Source: Paraspadella gotoi (taxonomy: Eukaryota > Animalia > Chaetognatha). From it: a stretch of 64,000 nt of DNA. The position numbers and the translations under genes were made by a program. Positions 1 to 11,913 of this stretch are shown here, in pieces. The stretch lies in the NCBI GenBank assembly GCA_051294375.1, contig CM119263.1, forward strand, positions 22,408,833-22,472,832, in the 5' to 3' direction. Below the pieces are notes generated by a model. That model saw only the letters and a program-made list of their open reading frames with translations, was not told the DNA's origin and did not search any database. Position 1 is the first letter of the stretch; each line of letters begins with the position of its first letter.

Positions 1-580
1 TCTTTTTCTCTCTTTTCTCCTGCTGCTTCTGCCTTTTGTTTTATTTCTTTTTGTCTCTCTCTTTCTCTCTGCGTTTTTATTTAAAAAAAATTGAATTAGG
101 ATTGAACTCGTAAAATTAGGCATCGCATTTGTGCATGTTATCATTTTGCTATCGCAACATCGGGTTTTTATTTCGTTTTTGTTCTCAGGGGCTGCATCTG
201 CTGATCAGTTTCTTTTTGACAATGAAAATTTTTTTTTCTTGTTTTTCCCTTTTTTTTTCCAGAAACTAACTTGAATTTTCCTCGGTACTTCATTATTTTT
301 TTTAACTGACAATCGCAAAATATAATTTTTCTTTCTATTTATAAATTAATTTTCTTTTCTCAAATTTTATTTTTTTTGGTATCAAAATTTGTCATCAATC
401 CAGATTTTTCTTATGCGATTGCGACGATCCTTCTAAGATTTTTTTCTTAACGTTTTGAGCTCTATCAGAATCAATTAAAAAAACTTAGAATATTCCCAAA
501 AATTTTTGACATTATATAGCAATATAATATTTAGAGAAAAACAAAGTGTTTTTGAATTTATTACGATTTATTTTTAATAG

Positions 581-623
581 ACGGACATGTTTCGACTCTT
601 TGAGTTCGAGTCTCCATCAGCAT
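581..623 (-). ncRNA. Hammerhead motif copy with A9-to-G change
   Basis: aug-CUGAUGG-a-GACUC-gaacucaaa-GAGUC-GAAAC-AU-GUC-cgu on the minus strand. Confidence 0.65.
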
Positions 624-1541
624 TAAATATTAAAAAACAATGAAAAGAAAGGATTATCACATGTAGCAATATAATAAAATTAGCGAATTACTCATGGTTC
701 GGAACATTTTTGCAAAAAAATATTTTAACACAATAATTAATACCAATAATGGATAAGTTTAATGCTGTTCCCATTAAAATTTGAATTCGGTCGGCTACCG
801 CTCCTTTGACATTCAGATTGTTCAGACATATACTCCAATGTTTGTATCTATAAGACAAACCAAAATTTTAAAACTTTTTTTTTTATAAAAATATATCTTA
901 TAACAAAAAGGTCCTATTCAAATGTAAAAAATTTGCCTTTTTAAAATTTGATCATGCCATTGATGAGCATATAACTAAGAAAGTAAGCAAGCTGGATTAC
1001 TGGGAGTTAAAAAATAAAAAACGTCAACAATTTTTTAATCAGGATAACCAATTTGAAGTCGCTATATCAGATAATTTGGCTATAGTATTTGATCCTTTCA
1101 TTTTACTCCCATTTGAAATCCGTGTAAAAGTTTCAGAATCTTTTTATCTTTCATCGTACGTTTTAATAACCCTAAGATTATTATTTAGGGATCTGGGTCA
1201 ATACAGTTATCCAGCTATCCCTCCGGATATCCAGTATAATTTTTTTTTCATTTTTAATCTACTTCAAGTATAGTAAAATATCAGAAGAAAAAAGATTAGT
1301 CTTAAATCTATCAGATTTTTTTTGCTTCAGTTTTGCGGTAGAGTACTTCATTTTAAAAAATGTTTGCTCCTAAATGCACGGCCCGATTTTAATAAAATTT
1401 ATGCCAAACTTCCAATAAACTTTATATCACTTTTAAAATTTTTTAAAAAGTAAAATTTATACGGTGATTTTTCAAAGTCTGAAATAAAGTGGCGCTTTTT
1501 TTTTTGCACAGGACTGTATAGTATATGCGTATTATTAAGTA

Positions 1542-2096
1542 CAGAAGGCTTCATATTATAAAATGTGGTAACCCTTTTTTGTGACCAGAACACGTTCCGA
1601 GAAAACTACTGGACCAAATTTATTGAAATTTAGTATGAACGATCCCTATGTGAATATAAATAGAACTATCGAGGCGAATTTCAATATTTGACCCCTGAGC
1701 CGAGATATGGGGCCCCGGAGGGGTCACCCTTAGGGGCAATAAATGGTCAATTTTTTCATTATTTTTGTTTTGAACAGTTACATATACGTTTACTTTTCCA
1801 CAAAAACGTTTTAATTACCACAGAAATATGTTTAAAACGTCAATGCGCCTGATGCCACTAAAAAATTTCAAAAAATTTCAAAAAAAATTAGGTTTTTTTT
1901 GCCCCCCAGGGGTTCACCCCCAGGGCCCTGTATCTGTTGTCAGGGGTTGAATATTAAAATTTGCCTCGATAGTTCCATTTATATCGTCATTAAGACTCTA
2001 AATGTAAAATTTCATGAAATTCGATCAGGTAGTTTGGTAGGAACAGATTCTGGTCACGAAAAAGGGGTACCACATTTTATAATATGAAGCCTTCTG
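1542..2096. mobile_element. MITE with ~50-bp TIRs and TA target-site duplication (Tc1/mariner-type)
   Basis: TA-CAGAAGGCTTCATATTATAAAATGTGGTA...TACCACATTTTATAATATGAAGCCTTCTG-TA; no transposase ORF. Confidence 0.85.
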
Positions 2097-2116
2097 TATA
2101 TACGTAAGTATATATA

Positions 2117-3105
2117 CATTAATGCGGGTCAAAATTGATCACTTTTTATCATTAGGAGTTCTGTAATATAAAATTCATTTGTCAATCATATACTTAATCA
2201 ATATTTACTCTCACTTTTTTAACTAGTGAAGCACCGTATAACATTGAAGCATTTAAATATTTATCAATGCATAGTTAATAATTTTTTTTTTATTATATTT
2301 ATAAGATTTATTCAGATAGCCCATAAAAAAGTTTCTTCACAAAGTATAATTTGTTTTTCAATTTTTTGAGAATGTCGAAAAACAGGAACCGAACCTGGTC
2401 TCGGTGACGCCTCCTCGCGTGTCGACCCGTCAGGCTACTACTGAGTGAAGCCTTGGACTTCACCTCGCGTCTCAGCCGGAAGTGGGCGCGGTCTTGTCTT
2501 CGGAGCCGTCGTAGCCTCTGCTACCCTGTTGTGGTGGTGTGGAGAATCGAAGTAGCTTGCGAAGGAACCCAAGTCCGTTGAAGGCGAGGGTGTCGAGCCT
2601 TGTGACGCCGTCTTTGCTAGGAGTCACGAGTCCATAGTAAAGTCTGAGGCTAGTGACTTGTGGCCTCTCCGCGCCTCTTTTTCCCGCGAGTCCCTGGGCT
2701 TGCAGTGTCTCTGTGGGCTGTCTCGAGGCCCTTGATGTAGGAAAGTTGGTGACGTAAAGCTTGACGTGAATGGCGTAAGGACTTCATAGCCCGTAATGAC
2801 TCGAGAGCCGATTGGAGACGGGTCTAAGTAACTCTCTAACTGAATGAAAAGGAGAGAATGCTTACAAAAAAGGAATAGAAAAAGCAGACGAATGTAATAG
2901 AAAAGTTACGTGACAATGAAATGGAATAAAATGAGCAATGAGAAAATGAATAAAACAGCGCCGTCTTTCATCAGAGGATAAGTGGGTTAATAAGGGAAAA
3001 CCATTAAAAATCATCATCATCATCATCATACCATAATTTTTAAAGTTTTTGCTATTTTTAGTTTTTAATAAAACATAAAAATTTGGAAATCTTGTAATAT
3101 TATTT
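2117..3105 (+). repeat. Diverged AT-rich interspersed repeat, second copy at ~30917-31300
   Basis: Collinear blocks shared by both copies: ATTAA.GCGGG.CAAAATT, TGAAGC.TTTAAATATTTAT, GAAAACC.T.AAAAATCATCATCAT, TAATAAAACA.AAAAATTT. Confidence 0.6.
2373..2973. mobile_element. Probable solo LTR, 601 bp
   Basis: TG...CA ends with an imperfect inverted repeat (TGTCGAAA / TTTCATCA) and 5-bp flanks GAGAA/GAGGA. It interrupts an AT-rich repeat that is uninterrupted in its second copy near 30917-31300. Confidence 0.65.
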
Positions 3106-3449
3106 TTTATTTATTTTTTCATGCTCTACCAGAATCCGTTTTTAAAAATTCTGAATTGAAAAAAAAAAAAAATTTTATGATTTTGTAGTAATACGATAAA
3201 CCTTAAATGCTTCTCTGTTATAACCTATACATAAAATCTTAAAATTTTTTTTAATTTCGTTATCCCACAGGGATGCTCTAACGTTATTTATATTACAAAA
3301 CTTTTTACTTTGTTCCGCCTTAGTACCATCATATAATATATAATACATATCTATTTATATGCATAAATTTCGGTATTTTTCGGCATGCATTTCGCGAGCT
3401 CTTTCCTCGTCAGGACATGATATTCGATTCAATTACCTCTTTTTTGTAG

Positions 3450-4457
3450 GCACGGCGTACACGTTTTTCACCCAGTCCAACGCACCCAAAGCCAAGGATC
3501 TCATCGACGTTTTAAAAGAAGCGAATCAAGTCGTCAATCCCAAACTCTACGAAATGGTCGAATCCGCGAAATTCATGAACAGAAATAAATCTCGTAAGTT
3601 TTCTGACCGGAGGTAGACGAATTTTCTGCTCAGCGTTTGCTCATAGATTTTGAAAATTTTATGTCAGATTATATTTTTTTAATGTCATTGTCCCTTCGGA
3701 AAAGATTCGTTCTACTTCGTTAAAAATTGTTTCATGCATTCAACAGGCGGTCGTTGGGGCGGCGGTGGTGGCGGTGGCGGTTCTTATGGAGGCCGTAGCG
3801 GCGGCCGCGGCGGGTCCTTCGGGGGTGGTCGCGGTGGTTTTGGAGGCGGATATGGCGGTGGCGGTGGCCGTGGAGGAGGATCTGGAGGTTATGGCGGTGG
3901 CGGCCGTTACAATGGCACTCCCACGACCGGTTCCGGTTATGGTGCCAAAAGGCCGACGGGAGGATTTGGAGGTGAGGCTTTTTTTTTGTTTTGTTCAAGT
4001 TGAGACTTAAAATTTTTCATTCGCCTTGGTTCCATTTTCGCCTCTTTTCAATTTTTGAGTTTTTGTCAACTTTATCGAATAGTGCGGGACCAAGAATGAG
4101 AAAACAAAAGTTAAAACATCAACTTCATTCGTAGTTTGTAGCAACTTTTCGTAAAACCTATTTAAATTTAACAACATTTTTCTCGCTCTTTCCCACCGTT
4201 CCATAGGTTGGCAGTAAGTTGTCGGCAAAATCAGCCAATCTTGCCCGCTCTGACTGTCCCCCTTCCCAGGTGTCCCAGATTCTCAAATGGCTAAGCCACC
4301 ACGGCCCTCCAATCATCAACTGAACCCGGCTTCGTTGCCCTTTCAACCAGCGCCACGTCACCCTTTTCAGGGGGCACCCCCGGGCGCGTTCGCCCCTAAC
4401 ATGTATCATTTTTGGAGTTCTAACCCACCCCCTGCCCCCGAGCCCATGCAAGAGTAG
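3450..4457 (+). CDS. DDX5/DDX17: 3' exons of a DEAD-box helicase of the DDX5/DDX17 (p68/Dbp2) family; the 5' part lies upstream of the window
   Basis: Exon 3450-3593 encodes GTAYTFFTQSNAPKAKDLIDVLKEANQVVNPKLYEM, typical of the p68/Dbp2 segment after motif VI. Exon 3747-3971 is RGG/Gly-rich. The last exon is either 4270-4457 (Pro-rich tail, TAG) or 4207-4217 (GWQ*). All junctions are GT-AG and phase-compatible. Confidence 0.88.
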
Positions 4458-6041
4458 TTGGTTGAAACGACGTAAAATTTTTCTTTTTTGCACGTATAAA
4501 CCCTTCCAGTTGGACTGTATTTTAAATAATATTCTATACCCTTTATTGTAGTATGTTTGTAGTCGTTAGTAAAAATATTCCATTAGATATCATGACGAAA
4601 ACTTCCCGAGCAATTACGAATTTAAGTTAAAACTACGTCTTTTTCTTGCTTGTAAACATCGATCTTTAGGTAGTATCTTCTACCTATTGCGTATATTCAC
4701 GAGTTAAGACATCTTAATCATTTTTCACTGTCAAAGCAACAACTTTTGGTTGAATCATGTTTTCACATGATAATTTATTTATTTGACATTCCGATATTTT
4801 TTTTTTGTTTCCAAGTTTTTGCCTGTGTTTCAAGGCCCCCAATCTGTGATCTGATAATTGTTAGGTTCACTCCATTTTTTGCTGTTTAAGCCTTTGTTGT
4901 TATAGGAAATATTTTAGTAAAATTTTTTATGCGAATTTATGCGTGAGGATCGCTATGTTAATTTCTAAGTTAAAAGTGCGCTTTTAATTTGCCTATGTGA
5001 TGGATTTATTAAAAAAACAGCAATTTATGATGAGCCATTAGACTTATGGCACAATGCAGATGAATGGGAATAAATTTCTTGAGTGCCTTGTTTTTATGCC
5101 TTAAAAACTAAATAATTAAAGTTAAAAAATTACTAGTCTTCACTCATCTAGTTAACTGATGAACAAAGTTTTAACGAATTCTTTGTTATTAATTCTCGTT
5201 CTAGCTGCATTGGGCCTGAAAGTTTTGGACGGGTGCTTAATAATTCTGACTTTATTGATCATATCTGTGCCGAGGTCGTGATCGGAGCCTAAGCTAAATA
5301 GTCTTTAGTTTTTTCTTTTTTTTTAAATTTCAAGGCTTCTCTGTCATGATCTATTCGTTGGAACCTATTCTCTAGTTTGAGACATTGACATCTGTGATCG
5401 TTAATTGATGTTGGAATGTATTTTCAAAAATTGTTATCTTCTTTGTTAAACAAAACTGAGCATCTCGCCTTTGTCTGTTATTTCTCATTGTGAACCCATC
5501 ACATTTGATATTTATATTTTTATCATTAATGTAAGATTTTCTTTCAATAGTGACCCCCTCCTCAATATTAAGTTTTTAAGGGTGCCACTATTTATTAAAG
5601 TGTGTGATGGTTTTATTAATTCACCAAATCAATTGGTGAACTGCTGGTGAAGAACTGGTAGCCGACATTTGGCAGTCAATTCAAGCAGCAACAAGATGCT
5701 CTCCTATGTTTTAAGATGCTTTGTTTTCTTTATTTAATGAAAAAAAAACATTAAAAAGATAACAATTGATTTTCTAAGGACAAAATCGTATTGGCTGACC
5801 CCTAAAGGTTTGAATAACAGAGGAGCGGGGTCATGCGAAAGTCTTCACACTATGATCAATCGATAGAAATGTAATGGGGGATCCTTGGATAAGTTTTTTG
5901 TCAAATCTCGTATTTTACCTAGATATTTGTACAATTTTTTCGACCAAAACGGTAAATTTCTTCAGAACTAGTTTCAGTTTTAAATCCTCTAAAAGAATCG
6001 TTTTGGTATCGTCCTTCTTTTCAGTTATTACATACTTTCGA

Positions 6042-6569
6042 ATGTCTTCCTCGACGTCGATAGTGACTGATGACGCCATCTCGGTCGCCACGGATGTAGA
6101 GGCGCCTAAACGAAAGCCCAAACGGATCTTGTACTTTTCGGACGGCGTCCTGGAAGAGTACAGCGACGATGAAATAATCGATCCGATCCACGATCCGGTC
6201 GTGGTTAAAGACCAACCCGTGAAGGAAACCCGAAACATGGACTGGGGAGAATATCTTTTTCATCTCTCTTTACGAGCGGGCGTCAAGTCTCTCGCCGTCT
6301 GCGACTACCTTGGCGAAAGGTTCGCATGGATCCTGGGCATCACGTCGCCTAAGTTTCAGTCGGCCATCGACGAAAGAGAATGGCGGCAGAGGGAGGAGGA
6401 GGCGGAGAGGCAGCGGGAGGAGAGAGAGAGAATGGCAAGACTCAAACGCAACGCCGTCGACTTTGTCAAATCCGAACTCACCGTTGATAAGGAACCCGTG
6501 GCGCCGGGGAAAGGTCTTGATTTGAACAAAGATGAGGACATTTTGGCGACTGAAAAAGAGAGATACTAA
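6042..6569 (+). CDS. FAM177A1: FAM177 family protein, single coding exon
   Basis: Contains PKRILYFSDGVLEEYS and CDYLGERFAWILGITSPKFQSAIDE followed by a charged coiled coil. Likely start is ATG 6042, just after a TTTTCAG acceptor-like site; ORF-track start 5874 is an alternative. Confidence 0.88.
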   Translation: MSSSTSIVTDDAISVATDVEAPKRKPKRILYFSDGVLEEYSDDEIIDPIHDPVVVKDQPVKETRNMDWGEYLFHLSLRAGVKSLAVCDYLGERFAWILGITSPKFQSAIDEREWRQREEEAERQREERERMARLKRNAVDFVKSELTVDKEPVAPGKGLDLNKDEDILATEKERY

Positions 6570-8051
6570 GCCTTCTATACGGAAGAGAATTTTTAACCGC
6601 TATTTATTTTGTTGTCTTCACTAGATGGCCTTTTTCTCAAACAATCAAAAGCTTAATTATTTACATTTCTTTCCAAAAAGACTCTGCTAAGTCACTTATA
6701 ACCATTCCGACATTTTTCTTTGTATTGTTTTGTCATTTATGGGAAATTTGCTTAATTTACAGACACAGTTACGTATTTCAACAAAAATGTAAAACATTAA
6801 CTCCTATGAAACTGTTCGACGAACACTTGCTGGACTCGGGATGAGGTAAGTTAAGGCGGTGGGTAGTAAATTTTTATCTATTCGCTTTCACAGTTTCTAT
6901 TTTCTCTGGCTGCACGCTATCATTGTTATCTGTCCTAAAGAACATCTGCTTTCATACATTTCATTAATTTCCTTTAAAACACATGGGTGTAGGTAATAAT
7001 AAAAATAATAAGAATACGACATAATAGAAAATTAGATATTTACTGAGGGAATATTGACCTAAAATATTTTGATTAATTTTTCTTGTCTTTTTTTTTGTCC
7101 TATAATATGTGAGGGGAGGTTAAAATGTTTTTGAGAAAATTAAAGTGTACTAATAAGCTTAAACATTGAATAGTGAGCAAAGACACTTAATGTCGCTGGT
7201 TGATGACAACGTCCTAAACAAATATAATTACATCAATACTGCAAAGGTTAAAACAACCGAAGTTTTACTTTGATTTTTCGGGAATGCGAAATAGGTAAAA
7301 AATTGTCGTAATATTTGTAAGACACGTATGTAAAATATATGTACTACGTAATTTGACTTTGCTTTTCCTATTATGTCGTAATCTTCAGAAGATGCAGCAC
7401 GTTTGTACATGATATCATGGCGGAGTTAATATTACGTAAACATTTTATTTTCAGATAATAATTTTTTCTTTTTCTTTCGTTTTTTCAGAATGAAACTATG
7501 GCTTAAGTATTGTAAGAACTAGTTTAAAGGGATATACAATATTGGCCATTAGTTTATTGCGCGTCAACCTGGCTTCCAAAATTCAAGAGATGGTTTTGCA
7601 TCAACGATATATCATCATAAGCGATTTCGTTTGTCAACGATTTCAACTTATCTTTAGACTACGGTGAAACTTTCAATTTACTTTCAGTTGTTTTATTTAA
7701 GTATCAGATTATGGTTTTTCTTGGTAAGAACATATCAATTAATTATTACTTTATAATATCAGTGACTTATTTAAATTTGAAAATCTGAATGTTACGAAAT
7801 TTTATAAGAAATGTTTTATTTTGAAGCCTTGGCCGAAGATAATACTTACTACACTTATCCCAAAACACTAATTAACTCTTATTTCAGTGAAACTGTATAT
7901 TAAATAATAATTTCCCGCCATAGATTATTCAAACCCTTCTTAAAATCGAAAACGACACTTGTAAATCGGAAATTAGTGATTTTTTTTAAAAATCAAAAAC
8001 GTCTGCTGTATTTTCTTTTAACCAAAACTAAGAAGAAAAAAACTTTTAATC

Positions 8052-8873
8052 ATGGTGGAAGTCGATTCGTCGACTAACGGGGAATCCAACGGGGATCTTA
8101 TCAAAGCTTCCATTAACGAAAATGACGACCGAAAACTGTTCGTTGGTTCCCTCGCTTGGGAAACGACTGAGCCTCAGTTCAAAGAGTATTTCGAAAAATA
8201 CGGTGCGATCAAACAGGCCACTATAAAGATGGATGGCATGGGTCGTTCGAAGGGATTTGGCTTCATTCTTTTCGAAGACGGCGGTTCCGTAGACAAAGTT
8301 CTCGCCGAGGAATCTCACTCCTTGGGAAATAGAAAAATCGAGCCGAAACGAGCCACGCCCAAAGAGAAAGTTAGGAAAATCTTCGTCGGTGGCGTCAGCC
8401 CCGATCTTCCCGAGGAGGACATTAAAAAGCATTTCGAAAAGTTCGGCGAGATCGAGGAGATGGAGACTCCAATGAACAAAGAGAAAAACATTCGCAAGGG
8501 ATTCGTCTTCATCACTTTCAAAACTCCCGAGGCGTGCGATGCCGCCACCGCCAAAGGCATGCTGAAACAGGACTTGGGCGACCGTAAGGTCGACGTCAAA
8601 AAAGCCGTTCCTCAAGAAGTCCACCAGGGGAACTTTCGCGGCGGCCGGGGCGGCGGGCGCGGGGCTCGGGGAGGCAGGGGAGGTTATGGGGCTCCTAGCT
8701 ATTATGGGGCGTCAATGGCCGACCCTTACGGCGCCTATTACGGGTACGATCCCTGGGCGCCGTACTACGATCCCATATATCACGGTGGCGCCGCCTATGG
8801 CGGACAAGTTGCTCCGGGCAAGTCCCCCAGAGGCAGAGGGAGGGGTGGTCGGGGACGCGGTCGCCCCTATTGA
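8052..8873 (+). CDS. hnRNP A/B/D (squid-like) two-RRM protein, paralogue 1, intronless, 273 aa
   Basis: RNP2 motifs KLFVGSL and KIFVGGV, RNP1 motifs KGFGFILF and KGFVFITF, RGG/Tyr-rich tail, C-terminal RGRGRPY (PY-NLS-like). Confidence 0.92.
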   Translation: MVEVDSSTNGESNGDLIKASINENDDRKLFVGSLAWETTEPQFKEYFEKYGAIKQATIKMDGMGRSKGFGFILFEDGGSVDKVLAEESHSLGNRKIEPKRATPKEKVRKIFVGGVSPDLPEEDIKKHFEKFGEIEEMETPMNKEKNIRKGFVFITFKTPEACDAATAKGMLKQDLGDRKVDVKKAVPQEVHQGNFRGGRGGGRGARGGRGGYGAPSYYGASMADPYGAYYGYDPWAPYYDPIYHGGAAYGGQVAPGKSPRGRGRGGRGRGRPY

Positions 8874-9186
8874 CTTTTCTCTTCCATTCCTTTAGATTTT
8901 ATTTAATGTAATCTTTTTGAAAATTCTTTTTGTTGCCGTTTTTCCTTTGTATTATTTTGTTATGTTCTGGTTAATCGAGTGCAATTTGGGGGGGGGGCTC
9001 CTTTGCTAGTATGAAATTATATAATATGGTCCCATTATTTGTCGTCATGTTTGTATTCTCCGTAAGATGTATGATATATAACTTTAAAATCATTATAAAA
9101 GTTTTGTGGGTCTTAAATTTTTTCAGAACTTTGCTTTGTTTAGAAATTATATAAAACATACATTTGTTCCAAAAACAAAGGGGGAA

Positions 9187-10177
9187 ATGGCTCAAGCCAC
9201 AGAAAACGGGGAGGCAGAAAACGGGAAGAAAGACTCGATTATGGCGACCGCGAACGAAAACGACGAACGAAAGCTGTTCGTCAATAGCCTCTCTTGGGAA
9301 ACTACGGAGGAAGAGTTTAGGGAATATTTCGAACAGTTTGGAGTCGTGAAGCAGGCCACAATCAAATTAAATGAGTTGGGACAATCCAAAGGATTTGGCT
9401 TCATTCTTTTCGAGGACTCGGGCTCGATTGAGAAGGTCAACAGTCAACAGTCGCACGTCATCAACGGGCGGAAGGTCAACGCGAAGAAGGCAACGCCAAA
9501 AGAGCGTATCCGGAAGATCTTCGTCGGCGGCGTCAGTCCAGATTTGCCCGAAGGGGATATCCGGACGCATTTTGAGCAGTACGGAGAAATCGGTAAAAAA
9601 TTTAAAAAATTCTAAAAAAACATGGTAAACTACGAAAAAAAAGTTCACGAAACAACTATTTTGTATTGCGTAAAATCACATCACTCTTTTGGTTTCTTTT
9701 TTCTTTCTTTCGATACGTATACATTCGTCGTCAGAATCCATGGAGCTTCCGATGAACAAGGAAAAAAATCCTCCCATCCGCAAAGGGTTTTGCTTCATTA
9801 CATTTAAAGACGCGGCCGCCTGTGACGCGGCCACGGCCAAGGGCAAACTAAAACAAGAACTCGGCGACCGGTCGGTCGACGTAAAAAAAGCAGTACCCCA
9901 AGACGTTCACCAAAGCAGAGGGGGCATTTTGCGAGGAGGCCCTCGGGGAAGAGGGGGGGCGCCCCGAGGCGTCGGTGGCTTCGCCACCTATGGAGGGGGA
10001 TACCCCGATCCCTACGGTTATTACGGTTACGACCCATACTACGGATACGACGCGTACGGATACGGCTACGGTTACGGCTACCCCCCAGCCCCCCTTGTCG
10101 GTGGCGGGAAAATGCGGGGAGGTCCGCGGGGCAGGGTCGGACTACGAGGTGCTAGAGGTCGAGGCCGGCCTTACTGA
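9187..10177 (+). CDS. hnRNP A/B/D-like two-RRM protein, paralogue 2 (exons 9187-9592, 9735-10177)
   Basis: Same two-RRM plus RGG/GY tail, ending RPY. Phase-1 GT-AG intron 9593-9734 inside RRM2 (GEI-E-SMELP). Confidence 0.9.
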
Positions 10178-10828
10178 CAATGACATTTTTCTTTTTATTA
10201 AATTTGTTTCCATTAGAACCATTCCATCGTATTTAAGTGATTATTTTTTAATAAAGCGTTGGTTTAACAATGCTGAGCAAATTGTTTCTTAAGTTGAATT
10301 TTGTACTAGTATTAAATTTGATCTCTTCATTACTCAAACCTTGTTAAACACTGTTGAAGTTTTTAAAGTAACCGGAATTTCATGCGGAGCTGCTAAATTG
10401 TCTTTTTAGATCTATTTGTAGTTTATTTATAGTGCCTGTGTATCTGTTAATGAAAACTGTTAATATTTAACAGCTGAAACTATAATTTACCCGAGATTTT
10501 CTAGAACTTGCCATACTCTGCAACTCCGCATGCGTACCTGAAATCTCAGCCTTTTTGTTCATTGAAAATTTTTTTATGAACTGTGGTAAAAAATTTTTCT
10601 AGTCTATGTTAAGAACTATTATTAGTTCAAACAAACTCATTGAGAAACTTTAAACTATATCATTAATCCAAATGTAAAAAACATTTTTCATTGTGTTTCA
10701 GAAGTTTGTCAGAGTCAGTTTTACCTAAGTGGTCGCACCTAAAACTCTTTTTTGAAGAATCCGTAAAGAAGCAAAATAAGAAACTGTTTCTTCGTTTTTT
10801 GGGGAGAAAGTTTATTTGGCGGAAAAAA

Positions 10829-11913
10829 ATGGATCCTTCAACTAACGGGGTAGGGGGTTGTGCCAAGGCTGAAGGTGAGAAGCAGTACGCCGATTCCATC
10901 ATGGGATCCATCAACCAAAACGACGACCGGAAACTCTTCGTCGGGTCCCTGGCGTGGGAGACGCAGGAAGAAGAATTCCGCGAATATTTTTCCAAATACG
11001 GAGCCATCAAAGAGTACACCATCAAAAAAGACGAGATTGGTCGTTCCAAGGGATTCGGCTTCATTCTCTTCGAGGAACCGGCTTCCGTTGACAAGGTCTT
11101 GGCAGAGGAGAACCACTCACTGGGCAACCGAAAGATTCAGCCCAAAAAAGCCACCCCGAAGGAAAGGGTGCGAAAGATCTTCGTGGGTGGCGTCAGCCCC
11201 GAGCTACCAGAGGATTCCATCAGAAAGCATTTTGAACAGTTCGGTGAAATCGGTACGATCATCTTACAAAATTATTTTCCGGGGGAATGGTGTTGGAAAA
11301 GGAGTAATGAGGAGCGAAACGATATAACCCTGTCATCCTTAATACAGAATGCAGTTATTTGTACATAGCTTTTTTTCCGCACTATAGTTTCATTTGTTTC
11401 CATCCTTTGATCATAACCTTCATTATTGCGGATATTTGGGGGATTTCTTTTCCGCTTTTTATCTATTTCTAACCTCCTTTGTTTTCGACGTCAGAATCGA
11501 TGGAGCTGCCCGTGAACAAAGACAAGAAGGGTCCCTCTGGCGAGACCATCCGCAAGGGATTCTGCTTCATCACCTTCAAAGACGCCGACGCTTGCGACGC
11601 GGCGACGGCCAAGGGCAAGCTCAAGCAGGAGCTGGGCGAACGCTCCGTCGACGTGAAAAAGGCCGTCCCGCAGGAGATCCATCAGGGCTGGGGCTACTAC
11701 GCTCGTTTCGGTACGCCCGGGAGGGGCCGCGGTCGTGGTGGCGGAAGGGGTGGATACTACGGTCCCCCCATGGATCCGTTCATGTACGGGTTCGGGTACG
11801 AAGGATACGGTTATCCCGGCTACGGCATGGACTATGGTTACTCTGGGAATTACGCGATGATGCCACGCGGCATGCCGCGTGGGCGGGGCAGGGGCGGCGG
11901 CAGACCATTTTGA
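10829..11913 (+). CDS. hnRNP A/B/D-like two-RRM protein, paralogue 3 (exons 10829-11252, 11495-11913)
   Basis: Same architecture. Intron 11253-11494 is at the identical codon position as in paralogue 2. Ends RPF. Confidence 0.9.

Noticed and set aside
2425-2650. RNase P-like motifs (GTAAAGTCTGAG and ACCCGTCAGGCTAC) in the GC island
   Set aside because: The order is reversed relative to CR-I and CR-V, the other conserved regions are not evident, and LTR-like ends explain the island better.
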